From positions 167,657 to 231,656 of the forward strand of contig CAWAGH010000007.1 of assembly GCA_963781465.1 (NCBI GenBank): a stretch of 64,000 nt of DNA. Reading direction: 5' to 3'. This stretch comes from an uncultured Actinomycetota bacterium. GTDB taxonomy: Bacteria; Actinomycetota; Actinomycetes; Actinomycetales; Dermatophilaceae. The position numbers were made by a program, and so were the translations under genes. Positions 56,303-64,000 of this stretch are shown in pieces. Each line of letters starts with the position of its first letter. Position 1 is the first letter of the stretch. Under the pieces are notes generated by a model. That model worked only from the letters and a program-made list of their open reading frames with translations. It did no database searches and was not told where the DNA came from.

Positions 56303-56407
56303 ATGTCTGACAGTCGGAGGGATCGGTGCGGTGTGGGGGCAACGCGGCTGGACGGGCCAGGTTCGAACCTGCCGCCGTCGTGATTGCGCGGCGGGAGTCG
56401 CGCCGTC

Positions 56408-57631
56408 CTAGAGGCCGGCGCCGGGTTCGATCGGCCGGGCCTGACGCACACGGCCCAGCAACGCGATCGAGACCGCCGGCAGGATGACGACCGACAGCAT
56501 CCCGGCGGCGACCATGGCCGCCGCGTCGGCGGAGCTGAGGTAGCCGTTCTCCGTGGCGATGGTCGTGATGACGACGATGAGCGGGAGCCCGGTCGCCGAC
56601 ATGACGGCGAGGGCACGGCGCTGCCCGCGGTCGAGACCGTTGCGGTAGACGAGGAAGGTCGGGATCGCGCGGACGACGATCATGAGCAGGAGGAACCCAG
56701 GGACGACCAGCGCCGAGGACGGCTGGCTGAACAGGGCCCTGAGGTCGAGCCGGGTGCCACTGACGACGAAGAAGATCGGGACGAGCATGCCGAAGCCGAT
56801 GCCTTCCAGCTTGTAGCCGAAGATCGACGACGCGTCGGCGTCGTCCTCCTCGTCGTCGTGCTTCGCCGCCGGGATCCGGACGATCACACCGGCAGCGAAC
56901 GCGCCGAGCAGGATGTCGATCCCGAACTCGGTGGCGATGGCGATGAGGCCCAGCATGAAGAGCAGCGTCATCCGCACGGGCAGCTGTGAGCTGGCCTGGA
57001 GCCCCTTGGCGATGAAGGAGACCACCCGCTCCCCCCATGGCCGGCTCGCCAGGAAGGCGGAGCCCAGGATGAGGAGGGCGAACGCGACCAGCACGAGGAT
57101 CGACTGCACCGGGTCCGTTCCCGCGAGGAGGAGTCCCACGAGCACGATGGGCCCGAACTCCCCCACGCTGCCCAGCGCCATGGCATACCGGCCGAGCGGT
57201 GTGCCGAGTACCCCGGCGTCACGCAGGACCGGCAGCAGCGTCCCGAGCGCGGTGGTGGTCAGGGCAAGGGGGATGACGATCTCGCCACTGTGCCCACCGG
57301 ACACGTGGACGCCGAGACCGACCACGGCGGCCAGCAGGACCGACAGGCCCCAGCTGATACCGGCCAGCCTCAGTGGGCGCCCACGGATGGTGTCGAGCTT
57401 CAGCTCGTAGCCCGCCAGGAACATCAGCATGGACAGGCCGAGGACCGACAGGCCATCGACGAGACCGGTCGGCTCGACGAGTCCGAGCACCTGCGGGCCG
57501 AGGATGATTCCGAAGACGATCTCGAGGACGACGGAGGGGACGGCGAACCGCCGGACCGTGGCCACGAGAAGCGGTGCGAGGACCGCGGCGGCGGCCACCA
57601 GCGCGAGCTGGTAGACGTCTTCGGGGGTCAT
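56408..57631 (-). CDS. cation:proton antiporter (CPA2/Kef-like Na+/H+ exchanger family)
   Basis: 407-aa polytopic ORF. PSVVLEIVFGIILGP, LMFLAGYELK, GSVGEFGPIV, GFGMLVPIFFVVSG. Confidence 0.85.
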   Translation of the reverse strand: MTPEDVYQLALVAAAAVLAPLLVATVRRFAVPSVVLEIVFGIILGPQVLGLVEPTGLVDGLSVLGLSMLMFLAGYELKLDTIRGRPLRLAGISWGLSVLLAAVVGLGVHVSGGHSGEIVIPLALTTTALGTLLPVLRDAGVLGTPLGRYAMALGSVGEFGPIVLVGLLLAGTDPVQSILVLVAFALLILGSAFLASRPWGERVVSFIAKGLQASSQLPVRMTLLFMLGLIAIATEFGIDILLGAFAAGVIVRIPAAKHDDEEDDADASSIFGYKLEGIGFGMLVPIFFVVSGTRLDLRALFSQPSSALVVPGFLLLMIVVRAIPTFLVYRNGLDRGQRRALAVMSATGLPLIVVITTIATENGYLSSADAAAMVAAGMLSVVILPAVSIALLGRVRQARPIEPGAGL

Positions 57632-57640
57632 GGCGCGACG

Positions 57641-58144
57641 CTACCGGCCGGGTGTGCTCAGCGTGTCGTAGAACGCGGCTTCGGCGTCCAGCGCGGCGAC
57701 GATCCGCGGCGCTACCCCCCGCTCGACCGCGCCGCCGAACAGCGGCACGTCCACCTGGATGGTCAGGTCGGCGTCCATCCGGCTGCCGGTGCTGGTCGGG
57801 GACAGCACCGCGTTGCCCCGGCACGTGACGGGCAGGCCGGCGAACTCGAAGATCAGCGGGGTCCGCAGCCCGTCCTGGTACCGCATCCACTCCTCCATCC
57901 GCTCCACGGTCGGGCTGCCCCCGAGCCGGGAGGTGATCGCCGACGGGAGCCAGTCGAGCGGGATGTCCGTGGAGACGACGATCCGCACCGCGTCGTCGGA
58001 CACCTCGTGCCTGACGATGCGCGTACCCAGCCCGTCGGCGTCCGAACGCCGCTGCACCACCTCGGGCTGGGCGAGCCCGGCGAGCAGCTCGTACGGGGAG
58101 ACCGGCAGCTCGTACGACCGCTGGATCCGCTCCGCCATCCCCAC
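57641..58144 (-). CDS. DUF2505-like (SRPBCC-fold) hypothetical protein
   Basis: 167-aa ATG ORF with good codon bias. The family call is from memory only. Confidence 0.55.
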   Translation of the reverse strand: MGMAERIQRSYELPVSPYELLAGLAQPEVVQRRSDADGLGTRIVRHEVSDDAVRIVVSTDIPLDWLPSAITSRLGGSPTVERMEEWMRYQDGLRTPLIFEFAGLPVTCRGNAVLSPTSTGSRMDADLTIQVDVPLFGGAVERGVAPRIVAALDAEAAFYDTLSTPGR

Positions 58145-58186
58145 CTGCCCTCGTTCGATGTGGTGGCCTCAGCGTACGTTGGGGCG

Positions 58187-59692
58187 GTGAGCAGCCGGGT
58201 CGTCGTGGTCGGTGCCGGCCTGGCCGGCCTGAGTGCCGCCTGCCATCTGGTCGGAGCGGGCTACGAGGTGACCGTCGTCGAGCGCGAGACGATCCCCGGC
58301 GGCCGCGCGGGGCGGATCGTCCGCGACGGGTACACGTTCGACACCGGCCCCACGGTGATGACCATGCCAGGACTGTTGGCGGACGTGGTCGGCGCGGCCG
58401 GGTCGCGGCTCGACGACCTGCTGCCGATGGTCCGGCTGGATCCCGCCTACCGCGCGTCGTTCGCGGACGGCAGCGAGATCCTCGTCCGCGCCGGGCACGA
58501 GGCGATGCACGACGAGATCGCCGCCACCTGCGGGCCGGCCGACGCCGCGGCCTTCGACGACTTCGTGGTCTGGCTGCGCGAGCTCTACGAGCTGGAGATG
58601 CCGCACTTCATCGACCGCAACTTCAACTCGCCGCTCGACCTCTTGTCCTCGCCGATGGTGGCGGCCCGGTTGGTGCGGATGGGTGGTTTCCGACGCCTCG
58701 GGCCGGTCGTCGCCGAGCGGTTCCGGGACGAGCGACTGCGCCGGCTGTTCAGCTTCCAGGCGATGTATGCGGGTCTGCCGCCGAGCCGCGCGCTCGCCAT
58801 CTACGCGGTGATCACCTACATGGACTCGGTGGCCGGCGTCTACTTCCCCGAGGGCGGGATGGGGGCGATCCCCGTCGCCATGGCCCGCGCCGCCGAGCTC
58901 GGCGGAGTCGAGTTCCGTTGGGGGACAACGGTTCAGGAGATCCAGCGTGGACCGAACGGTCGGGTGGCCGCCGTGGACCTCGGTGGTGGCGAGCGGCTCC
59001 GGGCCGACGCGGTCGTCTGCACCCTCGACACTCCGGTCGCCTACGAGAGGCTGCTGCCGGGACTCCGCGGGCCGAGGGCGGTCCGGTCCGGCCGGTACTC
59101 GCCCTCCGCGGTGGTCTGGCACGTGGGTGCGCGGGGTGGACCGCCGGCCGACGCGGCGCACCACAACATCCACTTCGCGCAGGAGTGGGACTCGGCGTTC
59201 GACTCGCTCATCGGCGACCTCGAGCTGATGCCGGACCCGTCCCGGCTCGTCACGGTCCCGTCGCTGACCGATCCCTCGCTCGCCGCTCCGGGCGGTTCGA
59301 CCCTCTACGTGCTGGAGCCGGTCCCTCATCTGGGTGGCTCGGTCGACTGGAACCGGGAGCGCGGCCCGATGCGCGAGCGGCTGCTGGGTTTCCTTGCGGC
59401 GCACGGCTATCCGACCGACATCGTCACGGAGGAGCTGGTCACACCGCTGGAGTGGAAGGCCATGGGGATGGCGTCCGGGACGCCGTTCGCGCTGGCGCAC
59501 ACCTTCCTCCAGACCGGCCCGTTCCGGCCGCCGAACGTCGAGCGCCGGATGCCGGGACTGGTCTTCGCTGGTTCGGGGACAGTACCGGGGGTCGGCGTGC
59601 CGATGGTGCTCATCAGCGGTCGCCTCGCGGCCGAGCGGGTCCGGGAGTACCTGCCGTCGCCGGATCGCGCGCCCACGGTGGTGGGGTCGTGA
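58187..59692 (+). CDS. crtI: phytoene desaturase
   Basis: GTG 58187. VVVVGAGLAGLSAACHL dinucleotide-binding motif, GGRAG...DGYTFDTGPTV, FSFQAMYAGLPP, C-terminal GLVFAGSGTVPGVGVPMVLISG. GTGA overlap with crtB. Confidence 0.85.
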   Translation: MSSRVVVVGAGLAGLSAACHLVGAGYEVTVVERETIPGGRAGRIVRDGYTFDTGPTVMTMPGLLADVVGAAGSRLDDLLPMVRLDPAYRASFADGSEILVRAGHEAMHDEIAATCGPADAAAFDDFVVWLRELYELEMPHFIDRNFNSPLDLLSSPMVAARLVRMGGFRRLGPVVAERFRDERLRRLFSFQAMYAGLPPSRALAIYAVITYMDSVAGVYFPEGGMGAIPVAMARAAELGGVEFRWGTTVQEIQRGPNGRVAAVDLGGGERLRADAVVCTLDTPVAYERLLPGLRGPRAVRSGRYSPSAVVWHVGARGGPPADAAHHNIHFAQEWDSAFDSLIGDLELMPDPSRLVTVPSLTDPSLAAPGGSTLYVLEPVPHLGGSVDWNRERGPMRERLLGFLAAHGYPTDIVTEELVTPLEWKAMGMASGTPFALAHTFLQTGPFRPPNVERRMPGLVFAGSGTVPGVGVPMVLISGRLAAERVREYLPSPDRAPTVVGS

Positions 59693-60597
59693 CGACCGCG
59701 GTCGCGGCGCCGGATCTCCTGTCCGAGGGATACCGCCGGGCGGCCAGGATCACCCGCGACAACGGGACGACGTACTACTGGGGCACCATGCTGCTTCCGC
59801 CCGAGCGGCGCCGGCACGTGTATGCGGTCTACGCCTTGTGCCGGATGGCCGACGACATCGTCGACGCGCCCGCGGCAACGCAAGGCGACAACGTCCCCGA
59901 GACGACGGGCGTGCTCACGGCGTTCCGTGACGAGGTGGGCGCGGTCCTCGACGGCGCCCCCACCGACGACCCGGTGCTGGCGGCGATCGGCGACTCGTTC
60001 GCCCGGTGTGCGATCCCGCGCGAGAACGTCGACCGGTTCTTCGGGGCGATGGCCCAGGACCTCATGACAACGACCTACGAGACGTGGGACGACCTCGTCG
60101 CCTACATGGAGGGCTCGGCCGCCGTCATCGGCGAGATGATGCTCCCGGTCCTGCGGCCCCGGTCACGAGCGGCGTTCGAGCCGGCCCGGGCGCTCGGGTT
60201 CGCCTTCCAGCTGACCAACTTCCTGCGTGACGTCGGCGAGGACCTCGACCGGGGGCGGGTCTACATCCCGCAGGAGGACCTGCGCCGGTTCGGTGCGGAT
60301 CCGTGGTCGCGAGAGGTGACGCCAGGGTGGCGGGAGCTGATGCGCTTTGAGATCGCCCGGAATCGGGAGCTCTACGCGCAGGCCGACGCCGGCATACCGA
60401 TGCTGCCGCCGTCCTCCGCTCGATGCGTAGCGACCGCCCGGGAGCTCTACGCCCGGATCCTCGAGCTGATCGAGTCCCGGGACTATGACGTGTTCACGGG
60501 GCGGGCGCGCGTTGCATCATGGAGCAAGGCGACGACGTCGGCCCGGATCCTCGCGGCCGGGCCTCCCCAGAAGGCAGGACGGAAGGGCACCTTGTGA
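59689..60597 (+). CDS. crtB: phytoene synthase
   Basis: YYWGTMLLPPERRRHVYAVYALCRMADDIVD and FQLTNFLRDVGEDLDRGRVYIP are the two Asp-rich squalene/phytoene synthase motifs. GTGA overlap with the next gene. Confidence 0.9.
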   Translation: MTTAVAAPDLLSEGYRRAARITRDNGTTYYWGTMLLPPERRRHVYAVYALCRMADDIVDAPAATQGDNVPETTGVLTAFRDEVGAVLDGAPTDDPVLAAIGDSFARCAIPRENVDRFFGAMAQDLMTTTYETWDDLVAYMEGSAAVIGEMMLPVLRPRSRAAFEPARALGFAFQLTNFLRDVGEDLDRGRVYIPQEDLRRFGADPWSREVTPGWRELMRFEIARNRELYAQADAGIPMLPPSSARCVATARELYARILELIESRDYDVFTGRARVASWSKATTSARILAAGPPQKAGRKGTL

Positions 60598-61601
60598 CCG
60601 CATCGAGCAGGATCCGAGCCGAGATCCGCAAGCGCGTCCCGATCCAGAACGTCCCGACCGTGCCCCACGAGCATCTACGCAGCACGTGGAAGCAGGCGCG
60701 GCCAGGTCGGATCCGGGCGTCGTTCGACGTGGCACAGTCGCAGGACCCGGGCGGCTGGTACGTCGTCGGCCGCAGCGAGGACGTCGGGACGAAGCGATCC
60801 GTCACCCGGACCATCGCCGGCCGCGAGATCGTGCTCTGGCGCGGCGAGTCGGGCACGCTGATGGCCGGGCCCGGCACGTGCCCCCACCTCGGCGCCCTGC
60901 TCGAGGACTGCGAGGTCATCCGCGGCGACGTCGTCTGCCGGTGGCACGGCATGGCCCTCGGCGCGGCCGGACAGGCGGGCTGGAAGCCGGTCGTCGCCCA
61001 CGACGACGGCGTTCTGGCGTGGGTCCGGCTGCCGACCCCCGGCGAGACGCCGACCGACCGGCCGACGCTCACGACGCGACCGCCGATCGATGCGTCGATC
61101 GCCGCCGTCATCGAGATCCCCGGGGTCTGCGAGCCAGAGGACATCATCGCCAACCGGCTCGACCCGTGGCACGGTGCGTGGTATCACCCGTATGCGTTCA
61201 GCCACCTCGTCGTCGACGACGATGCCAGCGACGACAAGGTCCTCGTCGTCGACGTGACGTTCCGGCTCACCCCGCGGCTCGGCGTCCCGGTGCGCGCGGA
61301 GTTCGCCTGCCCGGACGCCCGGACCATCGTCATGACCATCGTCGGAGGCGAGGGCGCCGGCAGCGTGGTCGAGACGCACGCGACACCGATCGCGCCGGAC
61401 CCGTTCGGCCGGCCGCGGACGATGATGACCGAGGCGACCATCGCCCATTCGCCCCGGACCGGGTTCGGGATCGCGCGCTCGGTCGCCGCGCTGGTGAAGC
61501 CGCCGATGAAGCGCACCGCCGCCCGCCTCTGGGTGGACGACATGGCCTACGCCGAGCGCCGCTACCTCCTCCGCGTGCGAGGCGAGGTCTACGGCACCTG
61601 A
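60594..61601 (+). CDS. Rieske [2Fe-2S] domain protein of the carotenoid-cluster-associated (DUF5914-like) type
   Basis: GTG 60594. Rieske ligands CPHLG...CRWHG. Translationally coupled to crtB. The C-terminal part is unassigned. Confidence 0.7.
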   Translation: MTASSRIRAEIRKRVPIQNVPTVPHEHLRSTWKQARPGRIRASFDVAQSQDPGGWYVVGRSEDVGTKRSVTRTIAGREIVLWRGESGTLMAGPGTCPHLGALLEDCEVIRGDVVCRWHGMALGAAGQAGWKPVVAHDDGVLAWVRLPTPGETPTDRPTLTTRPPIDASIAAVIEIPGVCEPEDIIANRLDPWHGAWYHPYAFSHLVVDDDASDDKVLVVDVTFRLTPRLGVPVRAEFACPDARTIVMTIVGGEGAGSVVETHATPIAPDPFGRPRTMMTEATIAHSPRTGFGIARSVAALVKPPMKRTAARLWVDDMAYAERRYLLRVRGEVYGT

Positions 61602-61704
61602 CCCGGCTTTGCCGCCTTCCAACCCGGAGAAGTATCAAGTTTTGGGCCCTCTACGCCCGGAAAGCTTCACACAACTCCGGGTTGGAAGCGGGTAGGCCGG
61701 GTCA
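61599..61704. repeat. palindromic intergenic element, copy 2, embedded between two convergent stop codons
   Basis: Outer 9-bp arms TGACCCGGC (61599-61607) and GCCGGGTCA (61696-61704) contain both stop codons. Inner 14-bp stem CTTCCAACCCGGAG (61616-61629) pairs with CTCCGGGTTGGAAG (61675-61688). The right arm CACAACTCCGGGTTGGAAGCGGG is identical over 23 nt to copy 1. Confidence 0.8.
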
Positions 61705-63273
61705 GGGGAGGCGGGCGAGGGCCTTGCGCAGCGCGGGGACCGCCTGGTGACGCCCGGTCATCGGGACCGTCCAGAGGTCGTGTCCCGGTAGACCGAACCG
61801 GGACAGGTGGTGGTTCGCGGCCATCCAGCCGGTGGTCGCGGCGCGCTCCATCAGGGCGACCGGGTAGTCGCAGCGGATCCCGTCGCCGGCCAGCGTGATC
61901 CGCGGGTCCGGCGTGCGGACCTCGGGCCGCTCCCGCCACGGCTCGGTCCCCACCAGCGGGCAGTCGGCCCGGACCAGCCACTCCTCGTGGACGACGTTCG
62001 CCCCGTCGAGCTCGGGATGCAGGTCGTGCAGCCGGTTGCGCAGCTCGACGCGCAGCGCGGCCTCGTCGGTGCCGTCGGGCAGGGCGTACGCGTGCACCTC
62101 GACGACGCTGCCCTTCCGCTCCCGCGCCCACCGCCCCGCGCCCGACTCGAACAGGTGCACCGCCGAGACGTTGTCCAAGGGACCGAACCCACTCGTCGCG
62201 AGGAACGGCGGCGTCCCGTCGCGCATCGGCCGGTCGAACCACAGTCGCCACACCGCGAACGCCGGCGCCGGCCGACGCGAGGCGAGCCGCATACGCCACG
62301 ACTCGCCACCGAACCACGGCGACGACTGGACCAGCCGCTGGAGCGGTCCCTGGTCCGTCGCCAGGACCACGGCGTCCGCCTCGACGGTCGTACCGTCCTC
62401 CAGCCGCACCGCCACCGAACCCTCGCGGTCCTCGAGCGAGGTGGCGGCGACGGGCATCACGACGCGGACGCCGAGACCCTCGAGGTACCGGCCCGACGGC
62501 GCCCACAGCGCCGTGTCGTAGTCGTCGTAGGGCACATCGAAGAGCAGCCCCTCGGCCGACCCGAGGAAGTACGTATGGAACATCGCGACCAGCTCGCCGC
62601 CGGAGAACTCCCGCGGGTCCGCGAAGAACGACCGCGCGAACACCTCGAGCGCGAGATGCCTTGCCCCATCAGGGAACCGGAGCTCGTCGAGGACCTCCGC
62701 CGCGCTGCGTCCCGCGTAGTCGTCGTAGGTCCGCGGGAACGCGACGTCGAGCAGCCCGAGGGCCGCGTCCACGTCCACGCGGGCGAGGTCGCGGAGGGTG
62801 AAGCTGGGGCTGCGCGCCACGAACGCCATGAGGTTGAGCGGCGGTCGGGTCGGCAGGCCGGCGAAGGAGTCGGTATGCCCGCCGGCCAGGACCAGGGGGT
62901 AGTCGGCCACCGGCCGCAGCCGGGCCATCGTCGGGTCGCTGCGTCGTAACAGCGAGCGCAGGTTGTAGTACTGCCGGAAGAACGCGTGGAACCCGCGGCT
63001 CATCGTCGTCGCTGTGCCGTCCGCCGCCACCGGCCACGCGCGCACCCGCCCGCCCAGAGTGGGCGCAGCCTCGACCAGCGTCACCGCCACCCCGCGCTCG
63101 GCCAGCCCAGTGGCGGCCGCGAGCCCGGCGATGCCACCGCCGACGACCACCGCGGTCGGTGCCCGGTCCAGCCGCACCTCGGGAACCGGAGCCGGGGCCG
63201 GCGGCGCGTGCCGGACCGCGTGCGGGTCGCGGCCCGGGACCCAGTGATCTCGCGAACGCCGCAGCGGCATCAT
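61702..63273 (-). CDS. FAD-dependent oxidoreductase of the carotenoid desaturase type (CrtU / isorenieratene-synthase-like)
   Basis: ATG 63273 (ATGA overlap with the methyltransferase stop). AVVVGGGIAGLAAATGL...GGRVRAW dinucleotide-binding motif. 523 aa. Located in the crt cluster. Specific function inferred from context only. Confidence 0.6.
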   Translation of the reverse strand: MMPLRRSRDHWVPGRDPHAVRHAPPAPAPVPEVRLDRAPTAVVVGGGIAGLAAATGLAERGVAVTLVEAAPTLGGRVRAWPVAADGTATTMSRGFHAFFRQYYNLRSLLRRSDPTMARLRPVADYPLVLAGGHTDSFAGLPTRPPLNLMAFVARSPSFTLRDLARVDVDAALGLLDVAFPRTYDDYAGRSAAEVLDELRFPDGARHLALEVFARSFFADPREFSGGELVAMFHTYFLGSAEGLLFDVPYDDYDTALWAPSGRYLEGLGVRVVMPVAATSLEDREGSVAVRLEDGTTVEADAVVLATDQGPLQRLVQSSPWFGGESWRMRLASRRPAPAFAVWRLWFDRPMRDGTPPFLATSGFGPLDNVSAVHLFESGAGRWARERKGSVVEVHAYALPDGTDEAALRVELRNRLHDLHPELDGANVVHEEWLVRADCPLVGTEPWRERPEVRTPDPRITLAGDGIRCDYPVALMERAATTGWMAANHHLSRFGLPGHDLWTVPMTGRHQAVPALRKALARLP

Positions 63274-63983
63274 GCGGGGCGGCGCCCGTGGAACGTGTGG
63301 ATGATCCCGTTCTGCCAGCCGCGTACCGACCGGGTCCGCACGTCCTCGAACCCCGCGTCGACCATCCGCTGCATGACCGTCTCGAGCGGGTCCATGTCCA
63401 TCACGCTGCGCCAGAGGTACTGGTAGAGCCGGGTGCGGCGCGACGTCAGCCAGCCGAGCGGCACGACCACGCCGCGGCAGACCGCCGTCCAGACGACCTC
63501 CGCGACCGGACGGCCCGCGACGGAGTACTCGTGCACGACCAGCGTCCCGCCGGGCCGCAGCAGGTCGTGCAGCGATCGCAGCAGCGCGTCGCGGTCGGGC
63601 ACGTTGCGCAGCAGGTATGCGGCGAACACCCCGTCCAGCGGCTGGAACTCGGCGTCGGCGCATACCTCCTCGAGGGCCTCGGCCCGACCCTGCTCGAACC
63701 GGACCCAGCTCGGCCACGACTTCCTGCCCGCCTGCGCGAGCATCCCGGCCGACCCGTCGACACCGAGCACCTCGGCGCGGACCCCGGCACGGTTCAGCTC
63801 GTCGACCAGGGCGCGGGTCGAAGCCCCGGAGCCGCAGCCGAGATCGACGACGCGCGAACCGAGACCGGGGACCAGGCCGGCCACCAGTGACCTCGCGCTG
63901 TGTCGCAGGTGGGCGTGGTAGCCGGGGTTGAGCGCGACCATGAGGTCGTAGCGGTCGGCCACCTCGTCGAACGCCTCGGGCAC
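63270..63983 (-). CDS. class I SAM-dependent methyltransferase (CrtT-like by context)
   Basis: VVDLGCGSGAST motif I, LRPGGTLVVHEY. 237 aa, GTG start. Coupled to the downstream CrtU-like gene. Confidence 0.75.
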   Translation of the reverse strand: MPEAFDEVADRYDLMVALNPGYHAHLRHSARSLVAGLVPGLGSRVVDLGCGSGASTRALVDELNRAGVRAEVLGVDGSAGMLAQAGRKSWPSWVRFEQGRAEALEEVCADAEFQPLDGVFAAYLLRNVPDRDALLRSLHDLLRPGGTLVVHEYSVAGRPVAEVVWTAVCRGVVVPLGWLTSRRTRLYQYLWRSVMDMDPLETVMQRMVDAGFEDVRTRSVRGWQNGIIHTFHGRRPA

Positions 63984-64000
63984 CTCGCCGGTCGTCGCTG

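Noticed and set aside
56350-56408. A tRNA gene, based on the GGTTCGAAC T-loop-like sequence and an acceptor-like outer stem.
   Set aside because: The fold is only ~59 nt. It lacks a D arm and a proper 7-nt anticodon loop. The T stem has a mismatch whichever strand is read. At most it is a tRNA-derived remnant or a structured terminator.

Overview
GC-rich, Actinomycetota-type chromosomal segment: codon third positions are almost always G/C, DnaA boxes are of the TTGTCCACA type, and ECF sigma factors and carotenoid genes are present. It opens in the conserved ssb-rpsR-rplI block (1-912). The replicative helicase gene dnaB (23997-26444, split by a 360-aa intein) follows only after about 23 kb of accessory genes. 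These include a membrane spermidine-synthase-like protein, GH2, trpS, DedA, acyltransferase-3, GT2 and MATE, plus an 11-kb island (11756-22664) with four CHAT (caspase-like protease) genes. The island has two parts. One is a tandem array of three paralogs encoding cytoplasmic CHAT + one TM helix + extracytoplasmic CBM9-like domain; one copy is intact, one is split by a single frameshift in a P/Q repeat, and one is heavily decayed. Facing it divergently is a two-gene operon: a large soluble CHAT protein plus an alpha/beta-hydrolase with an unknown N-terminal extension. I could not match this island to any described CHAT system, and it is my best candidate for a novel protease-effector or surface-sensing system. 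The right half of the window carries an intact type I Wadjet (MksBEFG/Ept-like) operon jetABCD (33053-39733), followed by a frameshifted DUF4262 gene and a vapBC pair. It also carries ECF sigma/partner pairs, glycosidases, a patch of gene fragments around a decayed LAL/LuxR regulator (50226-53460), and a carotenoid cluster (58187-63983). No rRNA, canonical tRNA, CRISPR array, integrase or transposase was seen. Other points: many pseudogenes confined to accessory genes; a cluster of DnaA boxes upstream of dnaB; two copies of an 85-106 bp palindromic element at gene ends; a 27-bp periodic coding repeat; and a 540-bp non-coding stretch with direct repeats and a tRNA-like fold. All family assignments come from motif recognition by eye, with no database search.
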